A DNA stretch of 64,000 nt from Octopus sinensis. Taxonomy: Eukaryota. Made by a program: the position numbers and the translations under genes. The notes under the pieces are model-generated. The model was not told the origin of the DNA and searched no databases. It saw only the letters and a list, made by a program, of their open reading frames with translations. The stretch is from assembly GCF_006345805.1 (NCBI RefSeq), contig NC_042999.1, positions 130,758,001-130,822,000 of the forward strand, given 5' to 3'. Numbering within the stretch: the stretch's first letter is position 1; each line of letters begins with the position of its first letter. Below, in pieces: positions 41,883-53,159 of the stretch.

Positions 41883-42290
41883 TCTATATATATAAAACTG
41901 AGAATGTGTGTCTGTCTGTCTGTCTGTCTGTCGGTGTGAATCTCTAAAACTTGAGAACTACACATCCAATTTCATTCAAATTTTACACATGCCTTACTTA
42001 GAGTCCAGGGAGTGTCATGGGCAACTTCTTGCCTAGGGTGAGCCCACAACAATATCATATCTTCTCCACTATTTCAGTATTACGCGTTAAAAGTGAAACA
42101 AAAACATCTCTCTATTGTAATGTCAGATACTTTCACTTTAATACTGAAACTATTAAAGTCAAACTATTATATAAGAGAGATGAACCATTAACAGTGGACA
42201 TCCATTTTGCTAGAAGAAGATCCGCTATAGTCTTCTATGCTACACCACTGGTTTTCAATTCATATTAATCAAATTAATATTCAATTTCTC
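41883..42290 (+). mobile_element. Helitron-like 5' end
   Basis: TCTATATATATAAAA, then (TGTC)n and aatttcattcaaatttt; 3' end unclear. Confidence 0.5.
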
Positions 42291-42551
42291 ACCCTTATTA
42301 TTTTAAATTTAAATTTAAAACCAGGACCATGTGTTTTGGAACAAAGTTTGTTACCACACAACCACACCTGCACCTATGTATGTATGTATGTGTGTGTGTG
42401 TATAGCTGTATATGTATACATTTATTTCTATACATATAGATGTATATGTATACATGTATATGTGTAGATAGATATATATAGATAGATGTATATGTAATAT
42501 GTACACATATATATTCACATATATACATGCATACATATATACACCCATACA

Positions 42552-43310
<759 letters not shown>

Positions 43311-43367
43311 TGTGTGTGTGAGTGTGTGTATATATATATAATACACACACACACACACGCACGCACA

Positions 43368-43452
<85 letters not shown>

Positions 43453-43467
43453 ATATGTGTACATTCA

Positions 43468-45145
43468 TATTTATTATATCAAAGACAATGTCTTTATGTG
43501 TTCGTGTATTACTTATACATTCGAAAACTGCTGCACCGATCATAATGAAATTTGGAACACAAAATCGAAGCCCAAGGAGAAGGGTAATGCTGTGTGTTTC
43601 ATACAATTTCATGGACCAAAATTTCTGAATGGATCCTTATGATATTTGAAACTTAGATTCAATGCATAAGGGCGGGTATAATGCAATATGTTTGGTTTGA
43701 ATTTCGGATGGCTTAAAGGGGGCAGAACCCCCCATGAAAATTCATAAATTTTCGATGTTGATGAAATTTCAACCACGGGTAATTGACACACATCAGGAAG
43801 TATTCTCAAAGTTTCCACTTCACATGAGGATTCTAGGACACCCTAATGGGGGCCTTAACTTCCAAATTTTAGTCATTTCTTTTATGATCCAAAACTAAGT
43901 CAAAAGTACTGAATGGATCTTTACGAAATTTGGAAATTATATTCTATGCATAAGGGCCACAAACCCCATGACAATTCATATATTTTTGCTGTTGATGAAA
44001 TTTTAACCATAGATATTAGATACAAATGAAGTAATATTTATTAAATTTCCTCTTCTTACAAGTTAGAAAGACCCCTTCATGGGGACTTAACACCCACAAT
44101 TTTGTCATTTTATCTAAGCAAAGACGAATAATTGTACTCTTGGAAGTTGTGGGGTCATTCGAGCATAGAAGATGTGCATTATTTGTAATTCAATGGTACA
44201 ACAGTGTAAGAGTTTGCTTTGACATACACTTACATTGTGATTTCTGCAAAATGGTGCATAAATTGTCAAGTAAATGAAAGGCATCTATGCCTCCACTGAT
44301 TCAGTTGCAAAGTGTTGAGTAAAGTTATTTGATTGCAAATCTCCTTTCAGTCTTTTTATTATCACTGGGTCACACATAGTCCCCACATGGTAACATTGAT
44401 TTTAAGACCTTCCCAGATGAGTGACTGGTTATTCAAAGACATTTATAGATTGTATATTTATTCTGTCCAGTTACGTATCAGTATAGTGGTCATTTGCAAA
44501 CTCCAACTTTCATTTCTCCTTAGCCCTCACGTCACACAGTTGTTAATGTTTACTTCAGTTGGATCACGCCCTTCCAATTGCTATAGATTCGTAATGCATC
44601 TTACGGCTGTGCCTGTCAACTGGATGATGACGAATACTACATTGGGAGTGGTAACGTCTAAGGTACTGTAGCTGACTGCTTATTGTGATCATTCGTCTTT
44701 TGGTTTCCTGTAGCTTTGCTCTCTTTTACAAACCCAGTGAACATATATTTCCTATTTCAAAGAAATTCAAACAACAGATATAAGACCCAAGTAAAAAAGA
44801 TTCTCAACAATTCAACTTCTCTGGTTGACATTAAGACACCCACCCCCAACAGGGGCGTTAACTCTCACATTTTAGAGCTCCATGACCTCCATTTTTCAGG
44901 AGCAAAATCCTTTTAACAGGTTCTATAAGACTGGAATTTTGGAATATGCGCATAAAAATCAGCAGTATGGGATAGATGTGGCTCGATTACAATTTTTGGG
45001 GTATGTGTAAAGAGGGAAATAACCCTCATCTGCAATTTTGATGAAATTCGAAACATAGGTATTCCAGTTCATTACAGAAAATATAACAGAAAAGTCTAAT
45101 TCTTCAATTGTATGTAACTCGGGTAACGCCGGGTATCTCTGCTAG
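43468..45145 (+). mobile_element. Non-autonomous Helitron/HINE-like element with internal repeated units
   Basis: Recurring atgaaattt units; ends ctcgggtaacgccggg...gctag-t. 5' boundary approximate. Confidence 0.6.
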
Positions 45146-45149
45146 TGAT

Positions 45150-45480
45150 ATATAAATGTAAAGCTGGTGTCCGATGCAGAAACAAATGTTGTGATTTATT
45201 ATTAAAACCTGCTCTTTCCCATCTTCGTGTAATATTATGGTCAACAACAAGCATATGTACAAAAATGAAGGTTCGGCAATACAGTTCTTTAGTTTTACCA
45301 ACATTTCCACATAGTTATATGGCTATGAAATATGGAAAATACGTATTTGTGAACGTGAACAAAAAGCTGAACAACACGTTCCACTACCGATGCATATGGA
45401 AGACCCTCAAAATCACCTAGCGAAACAATATTACAAACGAGGACAGACTTCTGCGAAGAAAATCCCAACCAGTGCAAAGC
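45150..45480 (+). mobile_element. RTE-like LINE fragment (C-terminal region after RT)
   Basis: LWSTTSICTKMKVRQYSSLVLP ... KKLNNTFHYRCIWKTLKIT. Confidence 0.6.
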
Positions 45481-45823
45481 ATTGAGTTGGTTATTTCCTT
45501 TTTTTTTTTTTTACTTGACAGATCGTATTCTTCCCCGCCAACCACAATAACGCTAGCGTGTGTGTGTGTGTGTGTGTGCTAATACTCAAAGATTTTTATC
45601 GCTCATCTATCCAAATACATCTAATGTCCACCCATCCTTATAAAAACCATAAACCCTTTATCCACCCCCACAATCGTGAGCGCCCAGTCTCAGGAGTAGC
45701 TGAGAGTAGAGCGTCAACTTTTGATACAAGAAACGTATCTGTCCAAACAACCCAACGTAATGAGTTCTGTATTAGATAATGTTTGTGCTATGTAATGTAT
45801 ATTGTAATATACATTATGACTAT

Positions 45824-46275
45824 GGCGACGGAGATAGCAGAATCGTTAGCACGCCAGGGAAAATGCTAAGCGGTATGTCGAGCTAGCAGAAACGTTAGCA
45901 CGCCGGGCGAAATGCGTAGCCGTATTACGTCTGCCGTTACGTTGTGAGTTCAAATTTCGCCGAGGTTGGCTTTGCCTTTTATCCTTTCGGGGTCGTTTAA
46001 ATAAGTACCAGTTACGCACTGGAGTCGATATAATAGACTTAATCCGTTTGTCTGTCCTTGTTTGTTCCTTCTGTGTTTAGCCCCTTGTGGGTAGTAAAGA
46101 AATAGGTATTTCGTCTGTCTTTACGTTCCGAGTTCAAATTCTGCCGAGAACGACTTTGCCTTTCATCCTTTCGAAGTCATTATAATAAGTACCGGTTGAA
46201 CACTGCGGTCGATGTAATCGACTATCCCTCTCCCCAAAAATGTCAGACCTTGTACCTTTAGTAGCAAGGGATATA
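45824..46275 (+). mobile_element. Near full-length SINE-A (45880-46104) nested in an older SINE-A
   Basis: ggtatgtc (45872-79) and ggtatttc (46105-12) flank the inner copy. Confidence 0.9.
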
Positions 46276-46311
46276 TTTTACAACTCTTACATTACGATCG
46301 ATCGATCGATC

Positions 46312-46348
<37 letters not shown>

Positions 46349-46699
46349 GTAGGTAGATAGATAGATAGATAGGTCTCTCCATCTTCGTCAATTTCCTGCG
46401 ATTCTTTCTGCTCCTGTCTAACAGGTCCTCATGCATTTTAGGTCTTCTTAGTGTTACCGACACCAGATGTTCTTGGACTAGTTTTTTTTTCCGTATCCCC
46501 CCCCCCTTCCGGTGTCCACATCATTGCAGTCTTGCAATATGAAATGTTTGACAGATGCAAAATCTGACCTAACACAAGTGAAACTGACATAGATCAATGA
46601 TGTTTGCAATAGCTGGGATTTGCTTCTCAATTTGTAATTCTGTTTCGCCAGGTGACTTTGAAGATATTATGTAGGCATCGTTATGGGAATCTTTTCTTC

Positions 46700-47110
46700 T
46701 TTTTTTCTTCTTTCTTTTATCTGTTTCAGTTATTAGACTGTGACCATGCTGAGGCACCGCCTTATAAAATTTTAGTCGAATAAATCAACCCCCGTTCTTT
46801 TTTAAAGCCTGGTACTTATTCTACCGATCTCTTTCGCCGAACCGCTAAGCTACGGGGACGTAAACACACCAGCACCGGTAGTCAAGTGGTGAGGGGGACA
46901 AACACTGACACAAACACACACCTGTGTGGTAAGAAGCTTGCTTCCCAACCACATGGTTCCGGGTTCAGTCCCACTACGAGGTACCTAGGGCAAGTGTCTT
47001 CTACTATAGTCTCGGGCCGACCAAAGCCTTGTGAGTGGATTTGGTAGACGAAAGAAGCCCGTCGTACACATACATACATACATACATATATATAATTATA
47101 TATATATATA

Positions 47111-47150
<40 letters not shown>

Positions 47151-47180
47151 TATGACGGGCTTCTTTCAGTTTACGTCTAC

Positions 47181-47225
<45 letters not shown>

Positions 47226-47260
47226 CGGGCTTCTTTCAGTTTACGTCTATCAAATCCATA
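46700..47260. mobile_element. Rearranged SINE-B (3' half minus, 5' half plus)
   Basis: Orientation switches near 46920; the core end is duplicated at about 47155 and 47225. Confidence 0.75.
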
Positions 47261-48017
47261 TATATATATATACATGTCAATCGGAACGGAACTCGGTCGT
47301 AAGTCGAGGAGAAGGTGTATATTATTTAAAGCAGTTTGATTCTTTTCCGAGCGATTTAAAGTTTTGCGGGCGTCTAATAGAGGCCCGTCCCTTTCAGACT
47401 TTCATTGTCGAATGGAGAAATACCATTCAGTAATCTATGCCTGTTAGGGACCCACGAAACTTTAAATCGCATGGTGCCGAATCAGACTGTTTTGTATAAT
47501 ACATGTAACTCCTACTAAATGTGTTCAGTGTTTTTTTCTTCTTTTGTTTTTCCACTCAATCGACAGAAAGTTACAAAAATTCTTCATTAGCGAAACGTTG
47601 TGCGCATGTCACTTATCAAACTTACCGTGCGTGTACGCGCGCACGCACACATACACACATATTTACACTCGCGCACAGCTATTTCAGATTTGTTGAATGC
47701 ATTCATTCTCGATTACATTATGTGCTATTTATGCGCTGTTGTATTTTTGTTTTTCTATAATTCTTATAAAAACCATTATTTTCAGGCACTATTTCGCTAC
47801 ATTTCAGATTCAAATTTTTCCTACTTTCCTTTAAACAATGTAAGATTTGTTATTTGATGTAGATCAAATGCTGTGTTGTAGATATCAGTTTTAAAATCTT
47901 CGGCTTAACTGTTAAAATTTAAAAGACAAATATTAGTACGGTACTGTATAAATAAAATAAATTCAATATCACAATTAAAAAATAATTTCCTTGTTAATAT
48001 TTGACATACAAATAGGG

Positions 48018-48225
48018 TAACGGAGCTGGCAGAAGGCATAGCAGGCAAAATGCTTAGCGGCATTTCGACCGTCTTCATGCTCTGAGTTCAAATTCCGCTG
48101 AGGTCGACTTTGCCATTCATCCTTTCGAAGTCGATAAATTGAGTACCAGTTGAGTACTGGGATCGATGTAATCGACTTACCCCAGTCCTGAAATTGCTGG
48201 TCTTATGCCAAAATTTGTAATCAAT
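48018..48225 (+). mobile_element. SINE-A just upstream of the ASB acceptor site
   Basis: Core and head motifs present. Confidence 0.85.
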
Positions 48226-48310
48226 ATTTTTACATATAGCCTTCAAAATATTTGAAAATAATTTCTTTTTCATGAAACAAGCTTCATTTTTCAAAAGTTC
48301 AATTCTAATA

Positions 48311-48331
48311 TCTCGTTTTTGTTTCGATCAG
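48311..48331 (+). promoter_or_regulatory. Putative 3' splice acceptor of a 5'UTR intron of the ASB gene
   Basis: tctcgtttttgtttcgatcag, ending 34 nt before the ATG; alternative AG at 48336-48337. Confidence 0.5.
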
Positions 48332-48364
48332 TTGTAGGCTTTTGGACAAAAATCAACAGAGAAA

Positions 48365-49483
48365 ATGCCTGAATCTGCCGAAGGTGACTGGTCTTTAATT
48401 GAAGCCGCCAGAGATGGACGTCTTTCAAATGTTCAAGAGTTGTTGGAAAGCAAATGTGCTAATTATATCCACCGTGACCAATCAGGTCGGACACCTTTAC
48501 ATTATGCTGCTGAAAATGGTAACCTACAGATATTGTGTTTGCTCATTGAAGCTAATTTTGATATAAACGCTAAAGATAACCAAGGTCAGACACCTTTGCA
48601 CATAGCTTGCCACTATCGACAATTGGAAATAGCAACTTGCCTGATCGCTCTAGGCTGTGATGTTAATACGTGCGACATTCAACACAACACACCACTGCAC
48701 CGTGCCACACGCTCAAATCTCGATCAGTTGGTATCTGTGCTTTGTGAATGTGGTGCGTCAGTGAATGCTCTTAACTGCTGTCAATGGTCACCATTATATG
48801 AAGCTATTCGAATTGGTAATGAAACCATAATATCTTGCCTGCTTGACTATGGCGCTGACATCAACTTAATACAAAGAAACAACATGTCACCTTTCCTTAC
48901 AGCAATATTTTACCACCGAATTGCATCGCGGAATAGCTACAACATAAGTTCGATTCTGAAATCTTTCATTCAATACGGCAGTCTTCTGAGTCACAGTGAC
49001 GGTGTCTGGTCCCATTTATCAGCTGCTGTTTCCATTGATCAGACGGACGTTGGTATCATACTTATTCTAAACGGATGTCGCATTGAAAAGCGTGGACGTT
49101 ACAGTCGCAGTCTTCTAGTTGATATGTTTGATCGGTGTGAAACCCGATTAGTGAAACTTTACGTTTTAGCCGGATATCCGGTGACTTGGGATGAAATTGA
49201 TCAATGTTCACGTCGTGTACCCAGCTTCTCTCGTTCATTTATGAGACTCGTCCAACCGGGTTCGGACATTTCAAGTGCCAGACGACACCTTCTCGACTGG
49301 TTACGTAAACGTATTAAAACACCTTGTACACTCAGTGAAATGTGTCGAACCTCAATTCGTTCTAAATTAAATGAAGTCAGTGGAGACACAAACATCAACC
49401 CATTCATTGAGCGGTTGCCATTACCTAAATCTATCAAAGCCTATATAAGTATGTCCGATTGGATCTCAGAAAACTTGTCTTGA
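48365..49483 (+). CDS. Ankyrin repeat and SOCS box protein (ASB family), 372 aa, coding region in one exon
   Basis: Intact ORF with tandem ankyrin motifs (GRTPLHYAAENG, GQTPLHIAC, NTPLHRA, WSPLYEA) and a C-terminal SOCS box (PCTLSEMCRTSIR...IERLPLPKSIKAYI). A pyrimidine tract + CAG at 48311-48331 suggests a 5'UTR intron. AATAAA at 49613 and 49882. Confidence 0.93.
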   Translation: MPESAEGDWSLIEAARDGRLSNVQELLESKCANYIHRDQSGRTPLHYAAENGNLQILCLLIEANFDINAKDNQGQTPLHIACHYRQLEIATCLIALGCDVNTCDIQHNTPLHRATRSNLDQLVSVLCECGASVNALNCCQWSPLYEAIRIGNETIISCLLDYGADINLIQRNNMSPFLTAIFYHRIASRNSYNISSILKSFIQYGSLLSHSDGVWSHLSAAVSIDQTDVGIILILNGCRIEKRGRYSRSLLVDMFDRCETRLVKLYVLAGYPVTWDEIDQCSRRVPSFSRSFMRLVQPGSDISSARRHLLDWLRKRIKTPCTLSEMCRTSIRSKLNEVSGDTNINPFIERLPLPKSIKAYISMSDWISENLS

Positions 49484-49504
49484 TAATATTAATAGAAATT
49501 TCTG

Positions 49505-49710
49505 TGGACTCAGCTCAAGGCGAGATTTTGTAGGAATGGAATTTAGTCTATTAAATTGACTACTGTATATTACTGGTGCTTATTTTATGAAACCAGAGGT
49601 GATGAGTAAAAAAATAAAGTTGCCACCTGTGGAATCTGAGGTCAAAAACAAGAAGCGCTGCACTAAATACTATAAAACATTTATTTCGGCGTTATACTGT
49701 TTGTGCTAAC
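49505..49710 (-). mobile_element. Old antisense SINE-A in the probable ASB 3'UTR
   Basis: Decayed tactggtgcttatttta and ggaatctgag motifs. Confidence 0.5.
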
Positions 49711-49987
49711 ATAACGGATGTAAAATATTCATGCAATGACAACAGCATGACCATAATTTAATCGATGTGAATATTAAGTTTTATTTTTGTATGGATATAT
49801 ATTTATACTTATGCTTGTGTTTTTGACAGTATTTTCATTTCATTTACTGATTTTGGTTTACCTCGACGATTGCGTCAGCAAAATAAAACAAATATGTTGG
49901 GAAAAGAAACTAAGATTGCCACTTCTTTTTCTCTTTCAGTTATCAAAAGATTTTTTGTAAATTGTTCTCCAGTTTAGCCGTTAAATA

Positions 49988-50590
49988 CAGGGTGTCTCAG
50001 AATTAACTATTTCAATAAAACTGGGCAATTTAAAAAAAAAACTGAAAGACATTTTATGTTTATCATTTAATTATGATGCCAAAACAAATAGATTTAAAAA
50101 TCTTACCTCAAAACTTTATTGAAAAATTTCAACATGTGTTCCGTCTGTATCCCTTCAAATTCCAACTCCATCCTTAGCGTTGCGAAACATTTTCAAGCAT
50201 TTCAGGAATTATCTCCTGCACTGCTAACTGAATGCGTTCTTTCAATTCAGCTAAACTATTACTCCATGCTGGGGGTGGAGATTAAGAAAATGATTGCGAC
50301 CAAATTTAAAAAAAAAAAAGCGGGATATAACAGGAATGAGAATAAAATCATAAAAATTATAAGTTAAATACAAAATTTTAAATTTATACACTTTTAGATT
50401 TGACTGGGCCTGATGAAGCCTTCTGGCTTCACAGACCCCAGTAGAACCGTCCAACCCCTTGCTAGCATGGAAAACGGACGCTAAACGATGATGATTAGCA
50501 CGTATTAAACATGATAAACATAAATAAAAATGAATTTTTTTTTTTTATAATTGTTCGATTTCACTGAAATATTTAATTCTGAAACACCGT
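49988..50590 (-). mobile_element. Internally deleted Tc1/mariner element
   Basis: TA-cagggtgtctcagaatta ... taattctgaaacacc; minus-strand remnant LAELKERIQLAVQEIIPEMLENV resembles a transposase C-terminus. Confidence 0.65.
50398..50497 (+). mobile_element. RTE-type LINE 3' tail
   Basis: ...ccgtccaacccctt gctagcatggaaaacggacgctaaacgatgatga, ending in a GAT-repeat tail. Confidence 0.55.
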
Positions 50591-52408
50591 TTTTATAACA
50601 CTTCTATGAAACCTTTTTTCAATTTTCATCATAATCTGGCTTCGTTAACTTAGTTCATGCATTTAGACCGGCAGAGTCCTGATCGAAGCACACCATATAA
50701 CTGGGCATAACATGTTTCGACATTTTTTTTTTCCAGATTTATATTTAGAAACCTCAAGGATTACGATTTTACAAAAAGAAATTTAGTTTAATATGTTCAT
50801 CCCCATTTAAACCTCTCAATTTATTAGAGTTTTAATTTCTTTATTTTTATTATTGGTTTTTCAAAAATAATTTTTGAAAATGAAAATGTGATGCAGTTTC
50901 GCGCATCCGCGAAGCACAATAGAAGCGCCAGTTTCTTTCACTTTGTTTCTGTAGACACAAATGATGAAAACTTCTTACTTTGTGTGTGTGTGTGTGTGAG
51001 TGGAAAATGGAAAATCATTTATGTGGTTGTTGCTGTTCCAAAAGCATGATGTGTTTGTATGATGATGGGGTGGGGGGAATGGAGTCACTAACATTTAAAA
51101 GACATGGATTCTTCTCTTAAAACGGCTTCCCTTCATTGTTTTGCAATGTGTGAAAAAAAATGTGGAGGGAAATCCTGATAAAAATTGGAAAATTCAAACG
51201 GTTATTTCTGAATGTCTGCTTTTTCAATTTCCGGTAGGCTTCGGTGGGGCACAGTGAGTAATATTTACAGAATTTTTTTTTACTTTAAAAAAAAATATTT
51301 TTTACAAATGTTCACTACCTTGCAAAAACTATATCAGTAAAGACCTTCTCTAAATGCAGTAAAACCTATTCAGGACACTATTTCAGAAAATTATCACTGT
51401 TCTCTTTGAGCATTTGGAATACAAATTTAGGCGGGGCAAAATGAGTAAGACAAGATAAAGTAAATTTGTTTTTCCAATTTTCTAGAATTACATTTGAAAA
51501 TAAGATTCATACACATAAACATCCATCCTCAGACACCAGAAAAATCAGAAATGCAACAAAAATTTTAAATATTTTGATCAAATGAAAGGGGATCATAGAA
51601 AAATAGCACATAATATGGAACTAAATCTAAAAACTCAACATAAAATATTCTCTATAGCTTTTTCTTGATCTGCTGGAGTAGCTTTCTTCCATACATATTT
51701 TTGCACTAAGCAGTTAAAGCGAAATAATTACTAAAATTAATCATTACTCATTTTGCCCCAATTTAGACTTTTTTTAACTTGAAGATTATCAAATTAGATA
51801 TTAGTTTGGAAAAAAAATTATGTAAAATCAAACAGAGAAAAGAATATTGATGGTTAAACATCAAAAATTATCCAGATATTTTTTTATCAACCTCAATTAC
51901 AATCAAGTCAAATTTGAAGAAAAATTTCTTGAAACAAAAAAGTACCTGTCTCTTATGTTTCAAACTTTCAGCTTTAACAACAACTATGTAAACTATACTG
52001 ACCAATTTTTATTCCAAAAGATGATGCAACAGTACAAAATGAGGATGCAATAATTGCAATGTAATGGTTTCTAAACAGGTAGGGAAAAAATAAAACAAGA
52101 AATCAGAAATTATTCATTTTGACCCAGTTACCAATCTTGACCCACTTCCATATGGTATTTTCAAGTGTTTGACAGAATAATGAAAAATATAGGAAAAAAT
52201 ATGAAAGAAAAAGGGTTTGATTTAATGGAAAATATTTGAATATATATGCAATAATTCTAAAACCGAAAAAGAATGCTTTTAGCTGTTGGGAGATGTAATT
52301 TTATAATTAAAACTAAATTCAAAAATTATATTTTGAAACATTTCCTTACTTGTTTCATAAAATAAGACAAGTTTTCAATGCCTCACTGAAATACGTTTAG
52401 AAGTAGAA

Positions 52409-52455
<47 letters not shown>

Positions 52456-52630
52456 CATGTGTGTGTGCCTTGACTTGATTGGTCAAGCCAAGGTTATTGC
52501 TCAGTGATGCATTGAAAGAAGGAATCTGACAATAACTTCTTTCTCTCAATCTCTTTATCTTTATATACATTCATACTTACACACACACACACTCATACAC
52601 ACACACACATACACACACACACACACACAC

Positions 52631-52671
<41 letters not shown>

Positions 52672-53159
52672 ATTTTCAGGAGTTTCCCTTTACTCTGTCT
52701 TTGTCCCAAAAGCAGCAACAATTCCCTTGAGAATTGTAAGCTGCCTTGGGACTGCTTTTAATTGAATTAATTGATATCTCTAAGGTGGCAAAATCTATGG
52801 TTGTTTATCATAAAAGAGAGTCCATTACACTTTTTAAGAACTCAAGATACTTTTGTATATTGAAAGAGAGCTTTTTCATGCCTGATTGCTGAGAAGTGCT
52901 ACAAGCTCATTGTTGCAGGGTGGCCCCAGTATCACAAATGCTTGGGCACTCGCCCCCTCCACACCCCTATAAATCTAGCCCTGCCTTTCTTACCACTTTG
53001 TCCCACGTCTTCCTGAGTCTATCTCTTCCACATGTCCCCTTCACAATAAAACATTCATCTCAATTTTAACCACATCATGGTCATGGCAGGTAATTTTTTT
53101 ACCCATAATTTAAGAAACTAATGTGAAATGTAACTAAAGTTTGCAATCTGAGTTTGCAC

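Noticed and set aside
44333-44671. 112-aa ORF inside the Helitron-like element
   Set aside because: No recognisable domain or codon bias; possibly captured, decayed sequence.
50403-50445. CTGATGA followed by a gaagcc/ggcttc hairpin, resembling a hammerhead
   Set aside because: No GAAA or cleavage triplet; the sequence is part of an RTE-type 3' tail.
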